Part shown: one piece after another, positions 49,649 through 60,324 of the stretch
How the letters are laid out: every line of letters begins with the position of its first letter
Position numbering within the stretch: position 1 is the first letter of the stretch
Assembly (NCBI GenBank): GCA_963727455.1
Contig: CAVSGG010000008.1
Location: forward strand, 438,377 to 502,376
DNA length: 64,000 nt
DNA from: Candidatus Krumholzibacteriota bacterium
Lineage (GTDB): Bacteria > Krumholzibacteriota > Krumholzibacteriia > JAJRXK01
Reading direction: 5' to 3'
Notes under the pieces: model-generated
What the model was told of the DNA's origin: nothing
The model's input: only the letters and a program-made list of their open reading frames with translations
The model's database searches: none
Translations under genes and position numbers: made by a program

Positions 49649-50439
49649 GGCCGTTCCTTCCCGCGCGGAATCGCGGGTAACACCACGACCCGGTCGCCGG
49701 CCGGATGGGCGCCCACCCAGAGGCCATCGCCATAGACCTCGCGCAAGAGCGGCTCCTTCAGGACCTCCGCCGGATCCCCTTCCGCCACGCATTCTCCGCA
49801 CTGCAAAAGCACCACTCGGCTCGCAAAGGCGGCCGCCAAATTCAGATCGTGGGTGGCGCAGAGGACCGCACGGCCCTCACGGGCCAGGACGTCGAGCAGG
49901 GACAAGAAGCGCACCTGGTGGTGTAGATCCAGCGAGGCGGTGGGTTCGTCCAGGAGCAGGAGCTCGCCTCCTTGGGCCAGCGCCGCCGCCAAGTGGACTC
50001 TCTGCCGTTCCCCTCCGCTCAATTCGAAAAGCGTGCGTGAGGCGAGCGCAGTGACCTCGGTGCGCTGCATCGCGAGCTCCACCTCTTCGAGGTCCGCCTC
50101 ACCGGGCCGGCCCCAGCTTCCGAGGTAGGGATAGCGTCCCAGACCGACGGTTTCTCTCACCGTGTGGACGTGGATACTCTCGACATGTTGCGGAAGGAAG
50201 GCGATCTTGCGCGCGCGTTCGCGGCGCGAATAGTGCCGCAATTCGCGCCCGTCCCATTCCACACTTCCCTCTCGTGCCGGCAGGAGACCTGCTGCCAGGC
50301 GCAAGAGCGTGCTCTTCCCGCTCCCATTGGGACCCAAGAGCATCACGAGTTCACCGCGCTTCACTTCGAGTGAGAGTTGCGCGATCACGCGCACTCCCTC
50401 GGTATAGGAGAAACTCAGATTGCTCAGGCGAAGCGTCAT
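49645..50439 (-). CDS. ABC ATPase (FepC/BtuD type)
   Basis: GPNGSGKST, LSGGERQR, LLLDEPTASLDLHHQ, HDLNLA. Confidence 0.95.
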   Translation of the reverse strand: MTLRLSNLSFSYTEGVRVIAQLSLEVKRGELVMLLGPNGSGKSTLLRLAAGLLPAREGSVEWDGRELRHYSRRERARKIAFLPQHVESIHVHTVRETVGLGRYPYLGSWGRPGEADLEEVELAMQRTEVTALASRTLFELSGGERQRVHLAAALAQGGELLLLDEPTASLDLHHQVRFLSLLDVLAREGRAVLCATHDLNLAAAFASRVVLLQCGECVAEGDPAEVLKEPLLREVYGDGLWVGAHPAGDRVVVLPAIPRGKERP

Positions 50440-50442
50440 GGT

Positions 50443-51381
50443 TCAGTTGCCTCGCGCTTTGAGGATTGCGTCCTGGAAAGTCCGCGCCGTCTGCGCGATC
50501 CGTGGCCCGGGAATGAGAAGGCCGTCGAAAGTCACCAACTCGACGGGACAGGATACACCTCCCTTGTGCCAGATCGCCGCCAATTCCTTCGCTCTCTTCT
50601 GGCTCCACTCTTCTTCCGGACGCAGCTCGAGGACGAGGTCCGGGGGATTGGCGAGCACGGATTCGAGGCTGGGCTCGAAGTACCCCAAAGGAGAATCGTC
50701 GTACAGGGGTTCACCACCGGCCAGTGTCAGAAGCTCACCCAGGAAGCTCTTGCTGCCCACCGTCCACAGGCGGTTCAGGGCCACCGGATCGTGTCCCAGA
50801 GAGAGGAGCACCTTCGGCCGGGGCAGGGACTGGAAGATGGAATCGGCGCGAGCTTGGATGCGGTCCAAATCTCCCTCCACTTTCACTCGCAGGCGGTTCC
50901 CATCCCGCCTCCGACCCCGAGCCAAAATGGAGTCCAACGCGCAGAAGCCCGCGAGGATGGAGTCGAGTCCCCGGTCCATGTCCACCCGGGCCAGGGGGAT
51001 GGAATGCTCCTTCGCGAAGCGCGAGAGCAAGCGGCTTCTGCCCTGTACCACCAAGAGATCGGGCGAGAGGGTGAGGATCTTTTCGAGTTTGGGATCGAGG
51101 GCGCCCCCCACTTTGGGCAAGTTCAGAAGGGAAGGCGGCCACACGCAGTAATCGGTGGTGGCAAGGATCTCGTCTCCGTAGCCCAGGGCATATGCAGTCT
51201 CCTCGAGATTGGGCGCGAAGAGAATCACTCCTCGCTCCGCTTCGCGCTCTTGCGGGAGCGCCGGCATGTTTCCCTTCCCGGACGAGGGCGATGGCAGGGG
51301 GTCGGACTCGCTCAAGATGTAGGAGAGCGCGAATCCCACGATCAATACGAAAACCAGTGCAAGTGTGGTTTTGAGGCGCAC
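50443..51381 (-). CDS. Helical-backbone substrate-binding protein (BtuF-like)
   Basis: APNLEETAYALG, TDYCVWP, KVGG..P..EKILTLSPDL, PGPRI; co-located with PduO. Confidence 0.85.
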   Translation of the reverse strand: MRLKTTLALVFVLIVGFALSYILSESDPLPSPSSGKGNMPALPQEREAERGVILFAPNLEETAYALGYGDEILATTDYCVWPPSLLNLPKVGGALDPKLEKILTLSPDLLVVQGRSRLLSRFAKEHSIPLARVDMDRGLDSILAGFCALDSILARGRRRDGNRLRVKVEGDLDRIQARADSIFQSLPRPKVLLSLGHDPVALNRLWTVGSKSFLGELLTLAGGEPLYDDSPLGYFEPSLESVLANPPDLVLELRPEEEWSQKRAKELAAIWHKGGVSCPVELVTFDGLLIPGPRIAQTARTFQDAILKARGN

Positions 51382-51483
51382 TACTGCTTGAAGACCTCAC
51401 GGAGTTGCGTGTTTCTCGACACCAAGTTTCCCTGATGGTAGGGTACCTCATTCCACTCGGGAAGGCTTGGTGAGGAGAATTCC

Positions 51484-52401
51484 ATGACGCAGCCCAAAGT
51501 TCTACTGAATCTGGGTCACGCACTCATCGCGGCCGCCTGGGCGGACGGTGAGCTGGACCGCAAGGAGCTACAGAGCCTCAAGGATTTGCTTTTTCGTCTG
51601 CCGGGACTCCGACCGGAACATTGGGCCGAGCTCGAACGGCGCGCGGAAATCCCGGTGGATGAGGTGGAGCGCGAACGACTCATCGGCAACCTGAGCCAGA
51701 GTATCGCGACAGAGGAAGATCGACGCCTGGTACTTGGCGCCATCGACCAGCTCCTCCGTACCGATAGCGAATTCGGCCAAGCTGAGCGGGAGGTGATGGA
51801 GGAGATCCGCCGGGCAAGCGAGGTGAACGACACGAGCGTCTGGCACGAGCTGAAACGCTTCCTCCAAGTACCTCTCCGGCTGCGCGCCAACGCGCAAGGT
51901 ACCGAACTTCCGCAACAGCGTCTGAAGGAACTCAACCGCGCCATTCTACGCGAAGTCTCCGACCGCATCGCTGAAGACGAGCAGGACCTGGATCTTTCCG
52001 AGCGCGAGCTGAAGCGTCTCTGTCTGGCCGGTGGACTCTTGGCACACGTGGCCGAAGTGGATCGCCGCGTGGACGAAGGTGAGCGCTTGGTCATGGTGGA
52101 GGCGCTGAAGGACGGCTGGGGACTGAGCGAAGCGGTCGCGCGAGCCGTGACCGAAGTCGTCCTCATTCACTCGGGCGACGACTTCGATCTCCATCGGAGC
52201 CTTCGCGAGTTCTTTTCCCTGACCAGCGAGGCTGAACGCATTTCCTTCCTGGACGTTCTCTTCGCAGTGGCGGCAGGCGATGGGCAGGTGAGCTTCCAGG
52301 AGCAGGAGGAAATCCGCCTCATTTGCATGGGCCTGAAACTCTCCAACGTGCATTACATCGCGGCGAAAACACGCGTGCCACAAGATAGACGCGAGGTGTG
52401 A
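51484..52401 (+). CDS. Tandem TerB-domain protein
   Basis: AAWADGELDRKE, HVAEVDRRVDEGE, AVAAGDGQVSFQE. Confidence 0.85.
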   Translation: MTQPKVLLNLGHALIAAAWADGELDRKELQSLKDLLFRLPGLRPEHWAELERRAEIPVDEVERERLIGNLSQSIATEEDRRLVLGAIDQLLRTDSEFGQAEREVMEEIRRASEVNDTSVWHELKRFLQVPLRLRANAQGTELPQQRLKELNRAILREVSDRIAEDEQDLDLSERELKRLCLAGGLLAHVAEVDRRVDEGERLVMVEALKDGWGLSEAVARAVTEVVLIHSGDDFDLHRSLREFFSLTSEAERISFLDVLFAVAAGDGQVSFQEQEEIRLICMGLKLSNVHYIAAKTRVPQDRREV

Positions 52402-52406
52402 CCTAC

Positions 52407-53708
52407 TCAGAGTACGCTGTGCGCCGTGGCCGAGCCTGATTCCGAGCCCTTGGGACGGCCGGGAAGGCCGTAGATCTCGGCGGGAAAGAGGTAGGGGAAG
52501 ACCCCCTCCAAAAACTGGCGCCGCTTGTAGGCGCGGTGGCTCGTGTTATCGCGCCGCACCAGAGTCCGTAGATAGCTCTCCACGGTGAGGATCTGCAGCT
52601 CCACCGGAAAAATGTAGGGTTGAATCGCCTCGCCCCTTTCCGGTGCGTAGAGCACGTCGACGTCCTCCTTGAACACTTTGAAGTCGCTGCTGCTGAAGCG
52701 ATTCATTTCTTGGTGTTGCTCGGGATAGCGGAAGAGATCGACTTGATTGCGGAAGGCAAGCGGACCGCCCAGAACATGGTGCAGAAGATCCGCCAAATGG
52801 TGCACGTTCTTTTCGTCCTTCACGATGAATCGCAGACCGAGAATGTCGGTGATGGCGACGGGATCGTTGATACGCTTGCGCAGCATCTTGGAGAGAACCG
52901 AGGCCGAGCGGATTCTCTCGAGTCGCGGCAAGTCCTCGGCGCGGCGATCCCTCTGCCGCATGCCTGCAACCGGGGCGCCGTCCATCTTGAATCGCGCCGA
53001 AACGTGATAGATGGGCAAGTCGAAGGGTCCGCCCGGCAGATCGCGCACCACCCTGCGGGTACTGAAACGGAACCAGCGGCAATCCGGTCGCTTCCCGCGC
53101 GCCTCGGTGAGCCGCACCCCGCTCTCGTCGAAGGTGTAACTCACCTCGAGCTCGCCGGACTCTTGTACGTAAGCCCAGAGCTCGCGATCGAGAATCGAGA
53201 GCAAATAGCGCTTGTGACGCGGACCCTCCTGGATACGGCGCGTCCGATCGATTTGGATGAGCATCCGGGCCAGATAGAGCTTGCGGCGGGCCTCGAAGGC
53301 ACAGCGGCTGCTGTGGTCACAGAAGAGGTGCTCGACCAGCTGATGGAAGTCGTTGCAGGTGGCGATGCTCGGATCGCAGGAGAAGTGCTTCCTCTCGTCT
53401 TCCGGTAGCAGTAGCACGAGCTGCGCGAGATAGGCGCTCGCGTCGTGCAGGTAGGAAGAGAGGATTCTTTCGTTCACCTCCAGAGAATGTTGCACGCTCA
53501 CTGGATGCAAGAGGCGGTTCAGCAGATTCTGGTAACGCCAGGGGTTGCTCATGTTCTCGCGCAACAGCCGCACGTAATGGCGCATCGCACTGCGGTCGCG
53601 CTCGAAGAAGTGCGGGTCCAATAGCGGGTGCGCGGAATAATCGGGTTGTTCGCGATCGCTGGCGCGACGATCGGAGGCCTTGGGAACGATCGAGATGGTA
53701 CGTGCCAT
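52407..53708 (-). CDS. Stand-alone RelA/SpoT-like nucleotidyltransferase (TIGR04552-like)
   Basis: SVLSKMLRK, ITDILGLRFIV, VELQILT, SHRAYK; ATG at 53708 with AGGAG SD. Confidence 0.7.
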   Translation of the reverse strand: MARTISIVPKASDRRASDREQPDYSAHPLLDPHFFERDRSAMRHYVRLLRENMSNPWRYQNLLNRLLHPVSVQHSLEVNERILSSYLHDASAYLAQLVLLLPEDERKHFSCDPSIATCNDFHQLVEHLFCDHSSRCAFEARRKLYLARMLIQIDRTRRIQEGPRHKRYLLSILDRELWAYVQESGELEVSYTFDESGVRLTEARGKRPDCRWFRFSTRRVVRDLPGGPFDLPIYHVSARFKMDGAPVAGMRQRDRRAEDLPRLERIRSASVLSKMLRKRINDPVAITDILGLRFIVKDEKNVHHLADLLHHVLGGPLAFRNQVDLFRYPEQHQEMNRFSSSDFKVFKEDVDVLYAPERGEAIQPYIFPVELQILTVESYLRTLVRRDNTSHRAYKRRQFLEGVFPYLFPAEIYGLPGRPKGSESGSATAHSVL

Positions 53709-53793
53709 CCGGTCCAACTCCTGAGGAAGCGTCGAGGCCAAGGTGGCGTCCTTGGTCTACGCCGTCAAGCGCGCTCGAGTTCCACCCCTTAGC

Positions 53794-54759
53794 TTACTCC
53801 ATTAGGGATGCACGAACCAGGCCTAGCAGGCTCGTCACGAAGGCGGGATGATCGTTGAGACAGGGCACCAGTTTGAAATCGCCTCCTCCGGCCTCCTGGA
53901 AGAGCGCCCGCCCCAGCTCGCCGATTTCGTCCAGGGTTTCCAAGCAATCGGTGGTGAAACTCGGTGTCATCACGTACAGACTCTCCGTGCCGGCCTTCCC
54001 CAGGGCCACCAGCCGCTCCTGCGTGTTGGGAGTGATCCAAGGCTCGGGTCCGAAGCGGCTCTGGTAGCCGAGTTCCCAGCTTTTTTCTGGCCAATCCATT
54101 TTGGCGGCCAGTGCTCGCGCGGTTGCCTCGCACTGCGTCGCGTAGGGATCGCCCTGTTTGATGTAGCGCCGCGGAAGACCGTGGAAGCTCAAGAGCCAGT
54201 GGCGGGGCTCACCCCAGCGCTCCCGCGCCTCGCGCGCGGTTTGCGCCAAGGCCTCCAGATAGCCCTCGTGTGTCGCGAAGCCGCGCAGCTCCACCACTTT
54301 CGACTCACGACGGCTCTTGGGCCACAGGAGCTCGAGCTTGTCGTACACGCTTTCGCTGGTCGAACGCGAATACTGCGGAAAGAGCGGTAGCACCACCATC
54401 TGGTCGAATCCAGCTTCTTGAAGCTCCTCGAGCGCCTCCTTCAAGGATGGATTCCCGTAGCGCATGCCAAGGGCCACCTGCCACTGCGATCCCAGGGCTT
54501 GCGCCAGGGTTCTCTGTAGGCGCTGGCTGTAGACGAGCAGGGGCGATCCCTCCTCCATCCAAACCCGGCGGTACAGGGCAGCGCTCTTCTTGGGCCTGAC
54601 CCGCAACACGATTCCGTGCAGGATGGGCAGCCACAGCCAGCGCGGATAGTCGACCACGCGAAAGTCGCTCAAAAACTCCGCCAAATACCGGCGTACCGCC
54701 TCGGGAGTCGGGGCGTCGGGCGTTCCCAGCTGGGCCAAGAGAAGCGCTCGCTTGCTCAC
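53794..54759 (-). CDS. hemH: Ferrochelatase
   Basis: QLGTP, EGSPL, GMRYGNP, PLFPQYS, SFHGLP, YQSRFG..W, DCLETLDEI. Confidence 0.95.
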   Translation of the reverse strand: MSKRALLLAQLGTPDAPTPEAVRRYLAEFLSDFRVVDYPRWLWLPILHGIVLRVRPKKSAALYRRVWMEEGSPLLVYSQRLQRTLAQALGSQWQVALGMRYGNPSLKEALEELQEAGFDQMVVLPLFPQYSRSTSESVYDKLELLWPKSRRESKVVELRGFATHEGYLEALAQTAREARERWGEPRHWLLSFHGLPRRYIKQGDPYATQCEATARALAAKMDWPEKSWELGYQSRFGPEPWITPNTQERLVALGKAGTESLYVMTPSFTTDCLETLDEIGELGRALFQEAGGGDFKLVPCLNDHPAFVTSLLGLVRASLME

Positions 54760-54765
54760 GATCTC

Positions 54766-55200
54766 TCACTCCTTCTCGGGATCGACGGCGCGGCGCTCCC
54801 GCTTGCGCTGAGAGCGGCGCCGTTTGGCCTCTTTTCGCCTGCGGCGGCTGGCCGCGGTCGGCCTGGTGGCCTTGCGTGGGCGCGGGCGGCGCAGGGCTTC
54901 CGTCAACAACTCCTGCAATCTCCGCACGACTTCGTGCCGATTTTGCGTTTGGCTGCGGTGCGCTGAGGAACTGAGGTGCAGCACCCCCCGTCCGTCGAGA
55001 CGCGAGGACAGCTTTTCCAGCAGTCTGGCCCGCTGTCGGGGCCCCAAACTGTCACTCTTCGCCACGTCGAAGAGCAATTCCACCTGGGTGTCGCTGGTGT
55101 TGACGTGTTGGCCTCCGGGTCCGCCGCTGCGCGAAGTTCGAAAGCGCAGTTCGGAGCGCCGCAAGCTCAGCGAGGGAGTGATGCGGATGTAGCTTTCCAT
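54766..55200 (-). CDS. arfB: Alternative ribosome rescue peptidyl-tRNA hydrolase
   Basis: RSGGPGGQHVN, RSQTQNR, basic C-terminal tail. Confidence 0.93.
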   Translation of the reverse strand: MESYIRITPSLSLRRSELRFRTSRSGGPGGQHVNTSDTQVELLFDVAKSDSLGPRQRARLLEKLSSRLDGRGVLHLSSSAHRSQTQNRHEVVRRLQELLTEALRRPRPRKATRPTAASRRRRKEAKRRRSQRKRERRAVDPEKE

Positions 55201-55399
55201 GGCTTCTCCATGCTTCGCGCGGGACGGCCTCACTCTCTGGCAAATCGCCGGTCACCGCAAGTTCGGCTTGAGGCCCAAGTTTCTTGCGGGAATCGCGGGC
55301 TTGGCGTAGCCTGCCAAAATCCTGAGGAACTCATGTTCCCGGTTCGGCCATCGTCCCACGCCAGGCCGCAGCGACTCATTCTTGGGAGGAAGTTTGATC

Positions 55400-56224
55400 A
55401 TGCGACGCACCATCCTCTTTGCGATTCTCGTCGCTCTGCTCGTGCTCTCGGCCGGAATTGCCACCGCTCAAGAGACGCAGACGAAGAACATGGAGGGCTC
55501 CACGACGAGCTCTTCCACCGTCACCGCGAGGACGCAGTCCAATCTGAGCTATCGGGGGCAAAGCGAAGATGTCCGTCCTTTCGTGGCCTGGATGAAGGAT
55601 ACGGTGATCGCCCCCGGTGTCGTGGTCGAGCCCTTCTTCGCGCTCAACGACTACAATCATGCCAGCGGCTGGAATTTGGGAGGGCAGGCCGGTTTTCGCG
55701 CCGCTCCCGATTTCGAGACCGGCCTGCGCTGGAGCCTGGATCATTTCAGCGTCGACAACGGCGGGGATGAAACCGGCCTCTCCGATCTGCGCGGCTACGT
55801 CCGTTATCGCATCCAGCCGCAGAATCCGCAGTTCTCGCTCGGGGCCTGGGTCGACCTCCCCGTCGGTAAGGAAGAGGTCGGGGCCAGCAACTTCAACGTC
55901 GATCTCTTCGGAGCCATGCGTTACCACCTCGATTCGGGCCTGGTCGTGCTCGGCAACGCGGGAATCGAGAGCGTGGAGAAGGGCGGCGACAACCGGGACA
56001 CCGGCATTCACTTCGGCGGCGGGGTGATCTATCCCCTCTCGCAGGATCTCAGCGCCCTGGGCGAGCTGAACTGGGGCAGCGCCAGCGAGTACGGCCTGAT
56101 CAACGGCGGGTTGGACTACCTGGTCAGCAACAACGGTCACATCCGCGCCTCCCTGGGCTTCGGCTTCGACGATGGCGCTCCGGATCTGACTCTGCTCTTG
56201 GGATTCCTCCTGGGGATTGACTAG
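55400..56224 (+). CDS. Secreted, probable outer-membrane beta-barrel protein
   Basis: Signal peptide with GGAGG SD; alternating amphipathic strands; GLSDL..LPVG pattern. Confidence 0.7.
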   Translation: MRRTILFAILVALLVLSAGIATAQETQTKNMEGSTTSSSTVTARTQSNLSYRGQSEDVRPFVAWMKDTVIAPGVVVEPFFALNDYNHASGWNLGGQAGFRAAPDFETGLRWSLDHFSVDNGGDETGLSDLRGYVRYRIQPQNPQFSLGAWVDLPVGKEEVGASNFNVDLFGAMRYHLDSGLVVLGNAGIESVEKGGDNRDTGIHFGGGVIYPLSQDLSALGELNWGSASEYGLINGGLDYLVSNNGHIRASLGFGFDDGAPDLTLLLGFLLGID

Positions 56225-56295
56225 TTTCCTCCCGCGAGGGGAAGGCTGCGCGCGAGCAGTCCAAAAGAGCCTGAAGAAATTCGAGGAGAGAGATC

Positions 56296-57928
<1,633 letters not shown>

Positions 57929-57968
57929 TCCCTGCCGACACGAGTACCTGGGTCGGCGCTCAAGGGGG

Positions 57969-58030
57969 ACCCGTCTCGAAGGTCCGCCCTCGCGTTTCGG
58001 CCAAAGCGCCCTATACAATTCACTCTCCGT
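57969..58030 (+). repeat. Left copy of a 62-bp imperfect direct repeat (IS91 ori-end-like)
   Basis: 49/62 ungapped identity (hand count) to 61819-61880; core AAAGCGCCcTATACAATtCACTcTCCGT. Confidence 0.85.
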
Positions 58031-58066
58031 CTGTCCGTTGTCGGTCACTGTCCCTCCTGGAAGTGT

Positions 58067-59923
58067 TCACGTTGACGCCATAAGTCTCTCGTCGCGGTAA
58101 ACCCTGAAGGGGCGCCCGTGCTCATCGAGGCCCATCTCCCAGGTGAGCCCTTTCCCGTCGGTCCCAACTTCGCCGCGTACGCGCAAGAGCCCTTGGTGCT
58201 CGCCGATCTGGTGGTGGAACGCGCAGAGTGTGATGCGGTTGGAGTCGCGATCGTCGCCCCCTCGCGCCCGGTACTGCAGGTGATGGACCTGGAGGTTGCG
58301 GCGCTGCGTACACTCCGGAGTGGCGCAACGCCAACCATCGCGATCGAGAATGCGCCGTTGGGAAGCCGGGATCGACTGGTGATGGTCCGCCCACACCTTG
58401 CGTGCGCGATAAAAGAGGCGACACAACGCGAGCCACGCCGGGATCCGTCGCGGCGCGGGAACGTCGTCCTGGGCTCGCACGCGATCCTGTTCGCTGGCGA
58501 GCTGCATCAGGAGCTCGTCGCGGGTCTGAAGACTGAGGCGAAAGCGAGCGGTGCCCCGGGGGGCGTCATTCCAGGCCAAGAGCGCCTCGTGGAGAGTGGC
58601 CCCTTGCGCATGCTCCGGATTCCGCACGAGTACTTCCAAAGAGTGGTTGCCGGTTCGGAGTTGGTCCTCATCCGGAGGAGCGCAACCGGCCAGAGACCAC
58701 GCGCGATAGTCGGTGAGGAGCTGTCGGCGCGCCCAGGCCATGGCGGCGCGCAGGCCGCGCACGGTATGGCGAAGTGCGTAGCGGATCCACTTCCATAGGT
58801 CGGAGACGGGAACGTGGCAACGCCGATGCAGGAGCGCCAGGAGGTCGGCCTGCACGGTGGAGAGTTTGCCCCGGGCGCGGGCGAGGGCGATGGGGTGTTT
58901 TCTCCGCCTCTCGCGCGCGCGACGCAGGCGATCGGTGCAGGTCGACTGCGGCAGATCGAGAAGCGCGCGCGCGAAGCGCTCGAAGTTGGAGTACCCGTAG
59001 CGCTCGTGCAGACCGTCGAGCATCCATTCATAGAGCTGATCTTCTTGGCGGAGGCGCAGGCGATTGCGTCGCGCCAAAAGACGCTGCAAGAGGGCGTGCA
59101 GACGGAAGGCGTAGCGACGTTGGGCAATCTCTCCCAGAACGGGAAGGCGCGGATGGGGGAGGGTTCGCGCGGTGCGTTCCAAACGCGCGGACTGTTCCCG
59201 TGAAAGGGGAGTGTGCGTGCGCCCGTCCCGAACCCCGAAACGGCGCCGTGCCCGCGCCGCATCAACGGTTGATTCGCCTTCGCCGCCTGCCTCGGCGAGG
59301 AGGGCGCTGATGGCTTCTTCGTCGCCCTGGCAGCGTCCCACCATCGCACGGGCGAGTTCGAGGGAGTCCTCGAGATAGAGGACGGCGGGCGCGGGTGCGG
59401 AAAAGGAGATGTTGGTGAACTCGCCGGACTCGTCCCCTCCCGCAGTGCCGGTGGTTGCCGGTTCGGAGTTGGTCCCCTTCCGTTCTTGTTTGTCTGCGCG
59501 GTGGGCGGATGCGCCCGGAGCGTGGTCCTCCCCGCTGCCCTTGGCATCTTGCTCCTTAAACCCATGCCGCGCGATGAGGTCGAGCGCACGAAGGGAAGTA
59601 TGCCCTTCGCGAAACTCGGCCCGCAGATGCGGCTGCTGACAGAGCAGGCGACCTACTCGAACCCACTCCAAGAGGGTCGAGGGGGAAACGCCGAGCAACG
59701 CGTTGGCGTAATCACGTTGCGAATGGGCCATCCAGCGCGGCCCCCGCAGCGCGATGAAATAGGCACTGGCCAGACAGAGGCGGAGTAGGAGCCGCGAGTC
59801 GGCGGCGCGATAGGCGGCGAAGGTGTCGCGCAGCTTGTCGCAAGAGACTGCAGTCGCGCGGGAGCGGGAGCCGGGAGAGCTTGGAAGTGCGGCGGTGAGA
59901 CGCCCGACCCAGAGCTTGCGCAT
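58067..59923 (-). CDS. HNH endonuclease with two DUF222-like helical repeats
   Basis: C-terminal RDGWRCATPEC..NLQVHH..RARGG....SNRITLCAFHH; two repeats of [YF]AxALLx..S....R. Start uncertain: the track's TTG at 60088 lies inside the promoter. Confidence 0.85.
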   Translation of the reverse strand: MRKLWVGRLTAALPSSPGSRSRATAVSCDKLRDTFAAYRAADSRLLLRLCLASAYFIALRGPRWMAHSQRDYANALLGVSPSTLLEWVRVGRLLCQQPHLRAEFREGHTSLRALDLIARHGFKEQDAKGSGEDHAPGASAHRADKQERKGTNSEPATTGTAGGDESGEFTNISFSAPAPAVLYLEDSLELARAMVGRCQGDEEAISALLAEAGGEGESTVDAARARRRFGVRDGRTHTPLSREQSARLERTARTLPHPRLPVLGEIAQRRYAFRLHALLQRLLARRNRLRLRQEDQLYEWMLDGLHERYGYSNFERFARALLDLPQSTCTDRLRRARERRRKHPIALARARGKLSTVQADLLALLHRRCHVPVSDLWKWIRYALRHTVRGLRAAMAWARRQLLTDYRAWSLAGCAPPDEDQLRTGNHSLEVLVRNPEHAQGATLHEALLAWNDAPRGTARFRLSLQTRDELLMQLASEQDRVRAQDDVPAPRRIPAWLALCRLFYRARKVWADHHQSIPASQRRILDRDGWRCATPECTQRRNLQVHHLQYRARGGDDRDSNRITLCAFHHQIGEHQGLLRVRGEVGTDGKGLTWEMGLDEHGRPFRVYRDERLMAST

Positions 59924-60076
59924 AACGGGTGAAAATTCTGTATCTCCTGCTCGGAGAGGGACGGGAGCCGCCGCGGACTTCGGGAAGAAGACAGCTGATC
60001 TGTGGTTTGCCGTTGCTCGTGGTAGGACACGCCGCTCTCCAGAACTTGGGTGGCAAAGGTGGCGGTGCGTAGATGC

Positions 60077-60105
60077 AATATAGTACAAACAAATGTAGTG
60101 TGCAA
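60077..60105 (-). promoter_or_regulatory. Sigma70 promoter for the HNH gene with an internal palindrome
   Basis: TTGCAC-N17-TATATT on the - strand; TACA-N6-TGTA dyad in the spacer. Confidence 0.65.
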
Positions 60106-60324
60106 TGGGGTTCTTTGAAGTTTTTCAGAGGGGCGACGGCACGACCGTACCAATTCGCCCAGGCTTCCGACGAACGAGCAACGGCGCGAGCTCAACAAAC
60201 TCGATCGCCGGCCCAAGTCTAGCGAAATCACATGCACCTGAAGAGCCCGTGTCACCTCGGCAAGGGTTGTGTTGCCATGCTCTCTGGCCTCCCCTATCCC
60301 ATGTAGGAGCGTCGAAGCACGCGA

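Noticed and set aside
57969-58030. Direct repeats as a target-site duplication or phage att sites
   Set aside because: Too long and too diverged (79%) for a TSD; no tRNA or tyrosine/serine integrase is present; IS91 elements do not make TSDs.
58067-59923. HNH protein as IscB/Cas9-like (OMEGA) nuclease
   Set aside because: No PLMP or split RuvC motifs; the HNH is C-terminal after helical repeats; no clear omega RNA seen.
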